Source: Balanoglossus misakiensis (taxonomy: Eukaryota > Animalia > Hemichordata). From it: 64,000 nucleotides of DNA. The translations under genes and the position numbers were made by a program. This document shows, one piece after another, positions 25,533 to 40,254 of the stretch (position 1 is the first letter of the stretch; every line of letters starts with the position of its first letter). The stretch spans positions 17,965,028 to 18,029,027 of the forward strand of contig CM082576.2 of assembly GCA_040954595.2 (NCBI GenBank), in the 5' to 3' direction. The notes beneath the pieces were generated by a model. It made no database searches, was not told where the DNA came from, and saw nothing but the letters and a program-made list of their open reading frames with translations.

Positions 25533-28500
25533 TTGACCCACAAATCACTCAAAATTAATGGACAGGATACTGTCCACTCTGGCCTGGTTACAGTGTGCTC
25601 TGGTTAATGTTGACGCAAAGGTTGTCCACCAAACACTCAAAATTAATGGACAGGATACTGTCCACTCTGGCCTGGTTACTTTCTGGCCTGGTTAATGTTG
25701 ACGCAAAGGTTGACCCCACCAGACACTCAAAATTAATGGACAGGATACTGTCGACTCTGGCCTGGTTACTATCTGGCCTGGTTAATGTTGACGCAAAGGT
25801 TGACCCCACCAGACACTCAAAATTAATGGACAGGATACTGCCCACTCTGGCCAGGATACTGTCTGGCCTGGTTAATGTTGACGCAAAGGTTGACCCCACC
25901 AGACACTCAAAATTAATGGGCAGGATACTGTCCACTCTGGCCAGGATACTGTCTGGTCTGGTTAATGTTGACGCAAAGGTTGACCCCACCAGACACTCAA
26001 AATTAATGGACAGGATACTGTCCACTCTGGCCAGGATACTGTCTGGCCTGGTTAATGTTGACGCAAAGGTTGACCCCACCAGACACTCAAAATTAATGGA
26101 CAGGATACTGTCCACTCTGGCCAGGATACTGTCTGGCCTGGTTAATGTTGACGCAAAGGTTGAACCCACCAGACACTCAAAATTAATGGACAGGATACTG
26201 TCCACTCTGGTCAGGATACTGTCTGGCCTGGTTAATGTTGACGCACAGGTTGACCCCACCAGACACTCAAAATTAATGGGCAGGATACTATCCACTCTGG
26301 CCAGGATACTGTCTGGTCTGGTTAATGTTGACGCAAAGGTTGACCCCACCAAACACTCGAAATTAATGGGCAGGATACTGTCCACTCTGGCCAGGATACT
26401 GTCTGGTCTGGTTAATGTTGACGCAAAGGTTGAGCCCACCAAACACTCAAAATTAATGGACAGGATACTGTCCACTCTGGCCAGGATACTGTCTGGCCTG
26501 GTTAATGTTGACACAAAGGTTGACCCCACCAGACACTCAAAATTAATGGACAGAATACTGTCCACTCTGGCCAGGATACTGTCTGGCCTGGTTAATGTTG
26601 ACACAAAGGTTGACCCCACCAGACACTCAAAATTAATGGACAGAATACTGTCCACTCTGGCCAGGATACTGTCTGGTCTGGTTAATGTTGACGCAAAGGT
26701 TGACCCCACCAAACACTCGAAATTAACGGGCAGGATACTGTCCACTCTGGCCAGGATACTGTCTGGTCTGGTTAATGTTGACGCAAAGGTTGAGCCCACC
26801 AAACACTCGAAATTAATGGGCAGGATACTGTCCACTCTGGCCTTGTTACTGTCTGGCCTGGTTAATGTTGACGCAAAGGTTGACTCCACCAAACACTCGA
26901 AATTAATGGGCAGAATACTGTCCAATCTCCGCCTGGTTACTGTCTGGCCTGGTTAATGTTGACGCAACGGTTGACCCCACCAAACACTCAAAATTAATGG
27001 GCAGGATACTGTCCACTCTGGCCTTGTTACTGTCTGGCCTGGTTAATGTTGACGCAAAGGTTGACTCCACCAAACACTCGAAATTAATGGGCAGAATACT
27101 GTCCAATCTCCGCCTGGTTACTGTCTGGCCTGGTTAATGTTGACACAAAGGTTGACCCCACCAAACACTCGAAATTAATGGGCAGAATACTGTCCACTCT
27201 GGCCTTGTTACTGTCTGGCCTTGTTAATGTTGACGCAAAGGTTGACCCCACCAAACACTCGAAATTAATGGGCAGAATACTGTCCAATCTCTGCCTGGTT
27301 ACTGTCTGGCCTGGTTAATGTTGACGCAACGGTTGACCCCACCAAACACTCGAAATTAATGGGCAGGATACTGTCCACTCTGGCCTTGTTACTGTCTGGC
27401 CTGGTTAATGTTGACGCAAAGGTTGACCCCACCAAACACTTGAAATTAATGGGCAGAATACTGTCCAATCTCCGCCTGGTTACTGTCTGGCCTGGTTAAT
27501 GTTGACGCAACGGTTGACCCCACCAAACACTCGAAATTAATGGGCAGGATACTGTCCACTCTGGCCTTGTTACTGTCTGGCCTGGTTAATGTTGACGCAA
27601 AGGTTGACCCCACCAAACACTCGAAATTAATGGGCAGAATACTGTCCAATCTCCGCCTGGTTACTGTCTGGCCTGGTTAATGTTGACGTAAAGGTTGACC
27701 CCACCAAATACTCGAAATTAATGGGCAGGATACTGTCCACTCTGGCCTTGTTACTGTCTGGCCTGGTTAATGTTGACGCAAAGGTTGACCCCACCAAACA
27801 CTTGAAATTCATGGGCAGAATACTGTCCACTCTCCGTCTGGTTACTTTCAGGCCTGGTTAATGTTGACGCAAAGGTTGACCCAACCAAACACTCAAAATT
27901 AATGGGCAGGATACTGTCCACTCTGGCCGTGTTACTGTCTGGCCTGGTTAATGTTGACGCAACGGTTGACCCCACCAAACACTCGAAATTAATGGGCAGA
28001 ATACTGTCCACTCTCAGCCTGGTTACTGTCTGGCCTGGTTAATGTTGACGCAAAGGTTGACCCAACCAAACACTCGAAATTAATGGGCAGGATACTGTCC
28101 ACTCTGGCCAGGATACTGTCTGGTCTGGTTAATGTTGACGCAAAGGTTGACCCCACCAGACACTCAAAATTAATGGACAGGATACTGTCCACTCTGGCCA
28201 GGATACTGTCTGGCCTGGTTAATGTTGACACAAAGGTTGACCCCACCAGACACTCAAAATTAATGGACAGGATACTGTCCACTCTGGCCAGGATACTGTC
28301 TGGCCTGGTTAATGTTGACGCAATGGTTGACCCCACCAGACACTCAAAATTAATGGACAGGATACTGTCCACTCTGGCCAGGATACTGTCTGGCCTGGTT
28401 AATGTTGACGCAAAGGTTGAACCCACCAGACACTCAAAATTAATGGACAGGATACTGTCCACTCTGGTCAGGATACTGTCTGGCCTGGTTAATGTTGACG

Positions 28501-31500
28501 CACAGGTTGACCCCACCAGACACTCAAAATTAATGGGCAGGATACTATCCACTCTGGCCAGGATACTGTCTGGTCTGGTTAATGTTGACGCAAAGGTTGA
28601 CCCCACCAAACACTCGAAATTAACGGGCAGGATACTGTCCACTCTGGCCAGGATACTGTCTGGTCTGGTTAATGTTGACGCAAAGGTTGACCCCACCAAA
28701 CACTCGAAATTAATGGGCAGGATACTGTCCACTCTGGCCAGGATACTGTCTGGTCTGGTTAATGTTGACGCAAAGGTTGAGCCCACCAAACACTCAAAAT
28801 TAATGGACAGGATACTGTCCACTCTGGCCAGGATACTGTCTGGCCTGGTTAATGTTGACACAAAGGTTGACCCCACCAGACACTCAAAATTAATGGACAG
28901 AATACTGTCCACTCTGGCCAGGATACTGTCTGGCCTGGTTAATGTTGACACAAAGGTTGACCCCACCAGACACTCAAAATTAATGGACAGAATACTGTCC
29001 ACTCTGGCCAGGATACTGTCTGGTCTGGTTAATGTTGACGCAAAGGTTGAGCCCACCAAACACTCGAAATTAATGGGCAGGATACTGTCCACTCTGGCCA
29101 GGATACTGTCTGGTCTGGTTAATGTTGACGCAAAGGTTGACCCCACCAAACACTCGAAATTAACGGGCAGGATACTGTCCACTCTGGCCTTGTTACTGTC
29201 TGGCCTGGTTAATGTTGACGCAAAGGTTGAGCCCACCAAACACTCGAAATTAATGGGCAGGATACTGTCCACTCTGGCCTTGTTACTGTCTGGTCTGGTT
29301 AATGTTGACGCAAAGGTTGACCCCACCAAACACTCGAAATTAACGGGCAGGATACTGTCCACTCTGGCCTTGTTACTGTCTGGTCTGGTTAATGTTGACG
29401 CAAAGGTTGACCCCACCAAACACTCGAAATTAACGGGCAGGATACTGTCCACTCTGGCCTTGTTACTGTCTGGCCTGGTTAATGTTGACGCAAAGGTTGA
29501 CCCCACCAAACACTCGAAATTAATGGGCAGGATACTGTCCACTCTGGCCAGGATACTGTCTGGTCTGGTTAATGTTGACGCAAAGGTTGAGCCCACCAAA
29601 CACTCGAAATTAATGGGCAGGATACTGTCCACTCTGGCCTTGTTACTGTCTGGCCTGGTTAATGTTGACGCAAAGGTTGACTCCACCAAACACTCGAAAT
29701 TAATGGGCAGAATACTGTCCAATCTCCGCCTGGTTACTGTCTGGCCTGGTTAATGTTGACGCAACGGTTGACCCCACCAAACACTCAAAATTAATGGGCA
29801 GGATACTGTCCACTCTGGCCTTGTTACTGTCTGGCCTGGTTAATGTTGACGCAAAGGTTGACTCCACCAAACACTCGAAATTAATGGGCAGAATACTGTC
29901 CAATCTCCGCCTGGTTACTGTCTGGCCTGGTTAATGTTGACACAAAGGTTGACCCCACCAAACACTTGAAATTCATGGGCAGAATACTGTCCACTCTGGC
30001 CTTGTTACTGTCTGGCCTTGTTAATGTTGACGCAAAGGTTGACCCCACCAAACACTCGAAATTAATGGGCAGAATACTGTCCAATCTCTGCCTGGTTACT
30101 GTCTGGCCTGGTTAATGTTGACGCAACGGTTGACCCCACCAAACACTCGAAATTAATGGGCAGGATACTGTCCACTCTGGCCTTGTTACTGTCTGGCCTG
30201 GTTAATGTTGACGCAAAGGTTGACCCCACCAAACACTTGAAATTAATGGGCAGAATACTGTCCAATCTCCGCCTGGTTACTGTCTGGCCTGGTTAATGTT
30301 GACGCAACGGTTGACCCCACCAAACACTCGAAATTAATGGGCAGGATACTGTCCACTCTGGCCTTGTTACTGTCTGGCCTGGTTAATGTTGACGCAAAGG
30401 TTGACCCCACCAAACACTCGAAATTAATGGGCAGAATACTGTCCAATCTCCGCCTGTTTACTGTCTGGCCTGGTTAATGTTGACGTAAAGGTTGACCCCA
30501 CCAAACACTCGAAATTAATGGGCAGGATACTGTCCACTCTGGCCTTGTTACTGTCTGGCCTGGTTAATGTTGACGCAAAGGTTGACCCCACCAAACACTT
30601 GAAATTCATGGGCAGAATACTGTCCACTCTCCGTCTGGTTACTTTCAGGCCTGGTTAATGTTGACGCAAAGGTTGACCCAACCAAACACTCAAAATTAAT
30701 GGGCAGGATACTGTCCACTCTGGCCGTGTTACTGTCTGGCCTGGTTAATGTTGACGCAACGGTTGACCCCACCAAACACTCGAAATTAATGGGCAGAATA
30801 CTGTCCACTCTCAGCCTGGTTACTGTCTGGCCTGGTTAATGTTGACGCAAAGGTTGACCCAACCAAACACTCGAAATTAATGGGCAGAATACTGTCCACT
30901 CTGGACATGTTACTGTCTGGCCTGGTTAATGTTGACGCAAAGGTTGACCCCACCAAACACTCGAAATTAATGGGCAGAATACTGTCCACTCTGGCCTGGT
31001 TACTGTGTGCTCTGGTTAATGTTGACGCAAAGGTTGACCCCACCAAACACTCGAAATTAATGGGCAGAATACTGTCCACTCTGGCCTTGTTACTGTCTGG
31101 CCTGGTTAATGTTGACGCAAAGGTTGACCCCACCAAACACTCGAAATTAATGGGCAGAATACTGTCCAATCTCCGCCTGGTTACTGTCTGGCCTGGTTAA
31201 TGTTGACGCAACGGTTGACCCCACCAAACACTCGAAATTAATGGGCAGGATACTGTCCACTCTGGCCTTGTTACTGTCTGGCCTGGTTAATGTTGACGCA
31301 AAGGTTGACCCCACCAAACACTTGAAATTCATGGGCAGAATACTGTCCAATCTCCGCCTGGTTACTTTCAGGCCTGGTTAATGTTGACGCAAAGGTTGAC
31401 CCAACCAAACACTCGAAATTAATAGGCAGAATACTGTCCACTCTCCGCCTGGTTACTGTCTGGCCTGGTTAATGTTGACGCAACGGTTGACCCCACCAAA

Positions 31501-34123
31501 CACTCGAAATTAATGGGCAGAATACTGTCCACTCTCTGCCTGGTTACTTTCAGGCCAGGTTAATGTTGACGCAAAGGTTGACCCCACCAAACACTCGAAA
31601 TTAATGGGCAGGATACTGTCCACTCTGGCCGTGTTACTGTCTGGCCTGGTTAATGTTGACGCAACGGTTGACCCCACCAAACACTCGAAATTAATGGGCA
31701 GAATACTGTCCACTCTCCGCCTGGTTACTGTCTGGCCTGGTTAATGTTGACGCAAAGGTTGACCCAACCAAACACTCGAAATTAATTGGCAGAATACTGT
31801 CCACTCTGGCCTTGTTACTGTCTGGCCTGGTTAATGTTGACGCAAAGGTTGACCCCACCAAACACTCGAAATTAATGGGCAGAATACTGTCCACTCTGGC
31901 CTGGTTACTGTCTTGCCTGGTTAATGTTGACGCAAAGGTTGACCCCACCAAACACTCGAAATTAATGGGCAGAATACTGTCCACTCTGGCCTGGTTACTG
32001 TCTGGCCTGGTTAATGTTGACGCAAAGGTTGACCCCACCAAACACTCGAAATTAATGGGCAGAATACTGTCCACTCTGGCCTGGTTACTGTCTTGCCTGG
32101 TTACTGTTGACGCAAAGGTTGACCCCACCAAACACTCGAAATTAATTGGCAGAATACTGTCCACTCTGGCCTTGTTACTGTCTGGCCTGGTTAATGTTGA
32201 CGCAAAGGTTGACCCCACCAAACACTCGAAATTAATGGGCAGAATACTGTCCAATCTCCGCCTGGTTACTGTCTGTCCTGGTTAATGTTGACGCAACGGT
32301 TGACCCCACCAAACACTCGAAATTAATGGGCAGCATACTGTCCGCTCTGGCCTGGTTTCTGTGTGCTGTGGTTAATGTTGACACACAGAATGACCCTACT
32401 AAACATTCAAAATTAATGGGTAGCATACTGTCCACTCTTGCCTGGTTACTGTGTGCTCTGGTTAATGTTGACGGAAAGGTTGACCCCACCAAACACTCAC
32501 AATTAATGGGCAGCATACTGTAGACTCTGGCCTGGTTACTGTGTGCTCTGGTTAATGTTGACACAAAGGTTGACCCCACCAAATACTAAAAATTAATGGG
32601 CAGCATACTGTCCACTCTGGCCTGGTTACTGTGTGCTCTGGTTAATGTTGACAGAAAGGTTGACCCCACCAAACACTCACAATTAATGGGCAGCATACTG
32701 TCCACTCTGGCCTGGTTACTGTGTGCTCTGGTTAATTTTGACGCAAAGGTTGACCCCACCAAACACTCAAAATTAATGGGCAGCATACTGTCCACTCTGG
32801 CCTGCTTTCTATCTGGCCTGGTTAATGTTGACACAAAGGTTGACCCCACCGAACACTCAAAATCAATGGGCAGCATACTGTCCACTCTGGCCTTGTTACT
32901 GTGTGCTCTGGTTAATGTTGACATAAAGGTTGACCCCACCAAACACTCAAAATTAATGGGCAGCACACTGTCCACTCTGGCCTGGTTACTGTGTGCTCTG
33001 GTTAATGTTGACGCACAGGTTAACCCCACCAAACACTCAAAATTAATGGGCAGCATACTGTCCACTCTGGCCTGGTTATTGTGTGCTGTGGTTAATGTTG
33101 ACAAACAGGTTGACCCCACTAAACACTCAAAATAAATTGGCAGCATACTGTCCACTCTTGCCTGGTTACTGTGTGCCCTGGATAATGTTGACGCAAAGGT
33201 TAACCCCATTAAACACTCAAAATTAATGGGCAGAATACTGTCCACTCTGGCCTGGTTAATGTGTGCTCTGGTTAATGTTGACGCAAAGGTTGACCCCTAC
33301 CAAACACTCAAAATTAATGGGCAGCATACTGTCCACTCTGGCCTTGTTACTGTGTGCTCTGGTTAATGTTGACACAAAGGTTGACCCCACCAAACACTCA
33401 AAATTAATGGGCAGCATACTGTCCACTCTGGCCTGGTTACTGTGTGCTCTGGTTAATGTTGACACAAAGGTTGACCCCACAAAACACTCAAAATTAATGG
33501 GCAACATACTGTCCACTCTGGCCTGGTTACTGTGTGCTCTGGTTAATGTTGACGCAAAGGTTGACCCCACCAAACACTCAAAATTAATGGGCAGCATACT
33601 GTACACTCTGGCCTGGTTACTGTGTGCTCTGGTTAATGTTGACGCAAAGGTTGACCCCACCAAACACTCAAAATTAATGGGCAGCATACTGTCCACTCTG
33701 GCCTGGTTACTGTGTGCTCTGGTTAATGTTGACGCAAAGGTTGACCCCACCAAACACTCAAAATAAATGGGCAGCATACTGTCCACTCTTGCCTGGTTGC
33801 TGTGTGCTCTGGTTAATGTTGACGCACAGGTTGTCCCCACCAAACACTCAAAATTAATGGGCAACATACTGTCCACTCTGGCCTGGTTACTGTGTGCTCT
33901 GGTTAATGTTGACGCAAAGGTTGACCCCACCAATCACTCAAAATTAATGGGCAGCATACTGTCCACTCTGGCCTGGTTACTGTGTGCTCTGGTTAATGTT
34001 GACGGAAAGGTTGACCCCACCAAACACTCAAAATTAATGGGCAGCATACTGTCCACTCTGGCCTGGTTACTGTGTGCTCTGGTTAATTTTGACGCAAAGG
34101 TTGACCCCACCAAACACTCAAAA
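25533..34123. repeat. 90-bp satellite array, ~95 monomers, with sub-families and higher-order structure
   Basis: Unit ~GTTAATGTTGACGCAAAGGTTGACCCCACCAAACACTC.AAATTAATGGGCAG.ATACTGTCCACTCTGGCC... throughout; 181-bp (90+91) dimers; a block repeated at 2797-bp offset. Confidence 0.98.
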
Positions 34124-35924
34124 CCAGATATTAACTGAATATGCTCACATGCAGTACTGTGATTGGTTGACAGAATAACAAGATAAGAAAAACCAGTGTT
34201 AAACCATGTTGGTTTATAGTGTATATGGTGCAAGGGTTGTGTGTTGCACCATTGTGAAATGTAAACATGTTTGTGGAATTGTTGCCTTGTCAATTTTTGT
34301 AAGGGGTTAGGGACGATGTCAAATAACAAAAAATAAGTTTAGCTTGAAACCCCTGCACTCCCCCTTGTAACCTAATTGTTGAATACTGATCAGTGCCTCT
34401 TATTATTTCATTATTGTGACAACTCCATATTTAAACCATAACCAGGATAGAAAAGTACACTATCACACATATTGATATTTCGACAATATTTGAATGAAAA
34501 CATTTCTTTTCAATTCTGAGTTTACGTCAGGTCTTGATTGATTTTTCTGCTTATAGAATAAGAATATGCAATGTAAAGAATTCTCGACTTACTCAACTAT
34601 TTTGTTCGATGGAACACTTTTTTGGGTCAAAACCCCCACCCCCTAAACTTCAAGAAGTAAGATTTTTATCAGACCTGAATCCTTTGACATCGTCCCTTAA
34701 CTTGGCAAGGGGTACTGGAAATTGAGGTGGTTGTGATGCAACAGGTGTGCCCTCGTGTGTTAATAGAAGAGAGGATGAAGTCAGTGGGCTAACCATTGCT
34801 GTTGGGGGCGCTCTTACATATTCGAGGTTGCAGGTTGAGCTTTGTATCGTTTGCATTTTAAATAAAATGTGTAGAGCTATGGATGAGATCTAATATCCAA
34901 CATGGAATAGTAAAAAAGGAGTCTTATACCAGTTCCTGAACAAAAAAAAATTAACGTCAGATTTGTTTTCTTGATAAAATTTCACTACAGATTGATACGA
35001 AATGTGAGAAAAATTGTCCTCTGCTTTCATTATGGTCTTGCATCATACCCAGGGTTAGTGTTGGTCATTCAAGTTTAATGAGAAAATTTCCTAAAACACC
35101 AATTTGAGGTTTCGTAACACATAACACCCATAGGGACTTTAACACCAAAGTTCAGACACAGCAGACAAATACTTTTAGAGAAGTTTTATTGATCAGAACT
35201 AAAAATTTCCCCAAATAGGGATAAAACACCAAAAAATAGAAAACTAAAGATCTCTTCACAACAGGTGGTCTACTCAAGGTACTGCATACCAATTTTCAAA
35301 GCAATCCGAACAGCAGTTCTGGAGTCAATTTTCCACATTTGAGCTTAGTATAATTTGGGCAATGTCACCTTCATTTGAATGAAACTACAGCAGTTCTCAA
35401 GTTTTTTTGCAATATATCGATGCTGAATTGTGCTATAAACCTGCATTGGTATGTGTACCGAAACAGATGTAGAAAATATCGCTGTTCTACACTAGTGGTT
35501 GTAATAATTCAAACATCTGGTAAGAAAATGAATGTGTCCTACATTGGCAACAGAATCAGATATCTGGTAGGTAAAAGCTCACATTGGTGTGGATACAAAG
35601 TGTGAAGTTGCGTTAATTTTAACAGACACAAGAACAGGAACAAAGTAAACAAATTTAAAAAAAGCAACAATTGTCTTAGAACTTACTATGGATGAGAATG
35701 GTCTGGAAGACGTACACACCACATATTTTATGCCAGCTATATAAGTGTAGCTCGTATTAGAAATATTGCTGAAAATGGTCTCCCCCCCCCCCCCAAATAC
35801 AAATTTGTGGGTTTTCCTACACCTCGATCAAATGATTCATCTCACATCCCGAAAAATGTGCATAGTAAATTTTAAAGCTATTAGGAGTACTCTGATAGAA
35901 AAGTGAACTTGACAAAAAATGCCT

Positions 35925-36490
35925 TAAAACATAACTTTGCATATTTTAAGCACATTTAATAAAAACAATCTGATTACTGTTATCCCTGGGTTTCTGAATG
36001 CCAAATATCAAAGCCATCCCATGTACAGTTTTTAGGAAGATTTGAAAAGAATTTCTGAACAAACTGCTTTAAAACACAAATTATTACTTTTAAAGGACAC
36101 TTAAAAAAATCTATTTACTGTTATCCCTAGGCTTCTGAATACCTAATATCAAAGCCATCTGATGTGCAGTATTTTAGGAAGATTTCAAAAGAACTGAGCA
36201 AACAGCCTTAAAACACAAATTTGCATATTTTAAGCACACTGAAAAAAACTCTATTCACTGTCATTCCTGGGCTTTTGAATACCTAATATCAAAGCTGTCC
36301 AATGTGCATTTTTTTGGAGGAGAGTTCAAATGAATTAATGAACAAACTGCCTCAAAACACAAATGTACATATTTTAAGCACACTTTTAAAAAATCTTATT
36401 ACTGTCATTCCTGTGTCTGAGTACCAAATATCAAAGTCGTCTGATGTGCACGTTTGATGAAAAAGACTTCTAAAATATTTTTGAAGAAAC
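35925..36490. repeat. Degenerate ~140-bp tandem repeat (~4 copies)
   Basis: AAAACACAAAT...TTTTAAGCACA...TACTGT.AT.CCT.GG...TGAATACC.AATATCAAAGC recurs about every 140 bp. Confidence 0.75.
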
Positions 36491-37153
36491 TATCTTAAAT
36501 TCTAATGTCCAACGAGTTCGTGTGGGTAACAAAACTGAAACTATTCACCACTCTAATAGTGGCTGAAAACATTGAAATCCTAGCAATGCGCCTGCAGAGT
36601 CATTGTAAAAGAATGTGATGTATGGTAGGGAAAGCTAAGAGGCAAATAATTACATTGTAAGAATGGGTGATAAAAATAATCTAATGTTTGCAACCTGACT
36701 GATATTCATTGTCAAGCAACTTTAAGATGTCTGGAGATCTTGAAATATTTTTTTCAGGACAATTTGGTTACATCTTACTAATACAATCTCCAAGATCCTA
36801 CACACCAAACTTGAAAGAAATCTGATAAGTGGATTCAGAGAAAATGATTCGGTCAAAAAACGGAAAGAATTGCCCTCAAGAGAGAATTATTCAAAGTTCA
36901 CTACAATTTTAAGCGAGTAAGGAAATCTCTAGGAAGCTTGCAAACGAAGTTTCAAAGCAATTGGACCATTGGTTTCAGATATTTTTAACAAACAAAGAAT
37001 GGCAAAATTTGCTCCAAAAATCCAATCATGCATATGTCAGGACAATCTGAATACATGTTACTGAAAATATCCATAGAAACCTGTACACCATGACAGACAT
37101 TCCACCAATGTGATGAGCTCAGTTGTCACCGACAGCAGACCGAAAAAGTAGTT

Positions 37154-39909
37154 TTACCTCAATTGTACAACTGTTCCGTTGTCTTTCTTGTATACAATCT
37201 GCACTGGCAGTTTGGATATAATGTCCTCTTCGGAGCCAAGGGAACTGATATCTGCCTTGTATGGCGTGTACACACCATCTATGACCAGACATCTGTGGAA
37301 GAGAAAAAAAAGTTCGTGCATTTTTTGGATGAACTTTTTGAAAGGGGAAGACAACACAGCTATGATTTTCTTCACATGTCCCAAGGAAAGCCAAGTTGGT
37401 TTGTGCCAAATACTAAAATGTTATGATTTAAGTATTTTCAATGGATGTGAAATTGACAATATACAACTTGGTTGTAAAAGTGAAATTTTTAATCATAACC
37501 AGGTTATACTACTGGTCAGAACAGAGTGCATGCTCGTGTATTAATAGTATTTTTGGCAGATGAGATCACCATCAGACGTTGTCCAATATGAAGAATTTAA
37601 ATTTGGTGTCGTTTGTCCAGTAGTTTAGCCAAAGATAACGCCACACTGACATGTGTGGAAGTGATAATGAAGATGTACTAACTTCTCGTCTGTGTCTATT
37701 ACTTGAAGTGTACCATTTGCCTCAAGAATTTCAGCATCATCTTCTATAGTCTGAAAATAAGTATGAGACATATTAGTGAATCTGAAATATCTGTATAGTA
37801 GTGTTGATAGTGTGTAGTGACTGTTAGAAAACACATTAAAGCCCCAGTATTTCTCATTTTGACAATTTTTCATCATCAAAAATTTCCTGTTTTTTCCGCA
37901 TTCATCTTGGAATACTAGATAATGAAGATATTAGCAAGATTTGTGCTGCTGTAACTATGTGCAAACCCTAAATATTGCCTGTAAAATTTGAAATGACCGA
38001 CAGGTTTGTTTACAACAGAAATGGTGCATATGTGAATTTTTGCGAGTTTCTTCAAAAATTTACTAGATTTGCGACAATCAAACCTCTTCAGTGTGGGTTC
38101 TATAAATGTTATGCATGGCTGAATCTGTGTACATTTAGTTGTATAGGCACAGCAGGGGTTAGATTGGATTCCATGTGTCAACAAAGCCTGACTTTCTGTC
38201 CGGACAGAAAGTCATTTTCAATTGTTATATTGAAAAGCATATACATTTGTGAGCAGGGCTGGTCATAAAAACTGTGAGAGTCATTATCAATTATTATCTA
38301 CTTTTAGAAATTGAAGATATTTCAAACAAAAATATGTCGAAACAAGAAATACTGAGGCTGAATTTTGACAGTGGATGAATACTGACCTTTAATTTTGTGG
38401 AGACTGTGCTATTGACATGATTGACATCCTTGTACTTGTCTACGATTACTGGTCCAATTTTCCCTTTTGCACCTTCTCTGACTTGCAGGTCACACTGTTT
38501 GCCCCAAAGGTTCATTTGCATTGACCTCAAACCATCTGTTAAAACGATATCTCTTCTACGTGTTTTATTTGTTGTTTGCTGTTCGTGCGAAACCTAAATG
38601 TAAAGAAATTAAATTCCAAGGTGATACTGTGCAATGGAAATGTGTCTTGACTGGTACAAGTAATGCTAGTCAATTGGTGAAATAAGAGTAAGAAAAGGTG
38701 TTGTTTAGTATGGTAAGTTTACAGTTATTGATGTGAAATTAAATTATTCTTACCGAAGCATTTTCTGCCTGTATAATTTTGGATGACAATCAGAAATCAT
38801 CAAGATAAGAATTTTTACCTGCAATGTTGTAGAAATTAGTCATCACTGTGAGGAATCATGGGGAGAACAGTCAATTTGCATAGAAATCTATTGGGGGAAA
38901 GTAGGCGTTATTGTCTGAGTAAACAAAATATTTTGTCATAATGTGTGCATATGTGATTACCTTATCAATTCTAGCCACAACACTGACCCTCCTTTTTAGA
39001 GGCGAGTGCTGTAAATCAGCTAGTGGGACCTCCTCTGGTTCATTGAATAGTTTCTCCTGTTCTTTTTCAACTTTGAATGCATTGTTCCCAGTACGGGCAA
39101 TCTACGGCAAAAAGGAAAAAAAATCAATTAAAATGTAAAGCGATATTATTTGAAGATTACAACATGTAAGTGAAAATTCGGGAATGGGTCATGAAATAAA
39201 TGTCGTTTTTGAATAAATTAGGGGCAAGATCTAAAGTTCAATAAAAGTAACTTAATTGTTTAAAAGTTTGGTCTCAGACCCACCCCCCCACTCTAACTAA
39301 ACAGACCGAAAATTGAAAAACATTCGAAGCGTACCCTGCATTAATTCTTTCAGACAGCGTACTATTAAATTGAGTGAAAACAGAAAACCATTATTAATTG
39401 ACAAAAATATTCATATTGCAACACAACAAAAAGCAGTCTTGAAATCTTTCGTTTTGCCAAAAAGTCGAATCGTTTTTGACTGCAGACATGAATTTGGCCC
39501 AAAAACCCAACCCCCAAACTTGATCATTTTTTTGTAAACATCAATCTTTTGACGTTGCCGTTTAGTAGAGAGAAAAGACGAGATCTATCGGAATTGTAAT
39601 ATCATGCGATGTCGAGTTTTGAGGTTTATAGAGGGAACTGACGATTAAAGGGTCAAGACAAGGGTTCACCTTGGTATATTTGTTGACGCCAATCCCACCG
39701 TCTCGACAATTAGTGAACCGCCGTAGTTCCAGAAATGTGCCTTTTGTGAATTTATCGACGCACCCGTCTTTCCAGATTTTAATTTCATGGAAGTGGCCGT
39801 TGTCGTCGATTGCTGTTAAGTTGTAGAAGGGTCCAGTTGCGGCGTAACGCTCTTCAGGTTCTTCCAGAACCTTTATTTTTATGGCTAGATCTTGACTGTT
39901 GGTTGCCAT
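37154..39909 (-). CDS. Spliced RPA/SSB-like tandem OB-fold protein, ~264 aa (exons 39909-39670, 39101-38961, 38593-38387, 37750-37683, 37292-37154); optional extra exons 35736-35687 and 34876-34650 give 355 aa
   Basis: All introns GT-AG with compatible phases (0,0,0,2) and no internal stops. Segment RVSVVARIDKVS...RRDIVLTDGLRSMQMNLWG...VREG...IGPVIVDKYKDVNHVNSTVSTKL resembles an RPA70 DBD-A/B OB fold. Exon 1 (YNLTAIDDNG.FHEIKIW...GTFLELRRF) looks like another OB fold. Confidence 0.7.
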
Positions 39910-40254
39910 TTTCAGACTGGGATCTGATGCAACCTGTGAACAAGTGGATAATGGTATTTATGAGTTCATGAAAACAGTAGACAGTTGCAGCGAAGTTAGA
40001 CAATTTCTCCTGAGAGCTGTGATTGTGTTAATGATGATTGCGTCGAACGCTAGACGAATGATTTTTGTACACATTGATATGTCTATGATAATAAATCATA
40101 ATACCGACTGGTAACGTATTCAGGCAAAACTGGTGAAACGGTTGTCATGCAATCTTGTCCTGAATAAAATATGAAATGCTGCGACATGGTTTCGCAATAA
40201 CGCAAAGGCATTCCTTTTAGTATTACTATAAAAATAGGAAAAAACTTTACTCAC

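Noticed and set aside
25588-34138. Long ORFs on both strands (up to 577 aa) with a 30-aa repeat
   Set aside because: By-product of a 90-bp stop-poor monomer; 91-bp monomers and scattered stops break frames repeatedly, and both strands are equally open.
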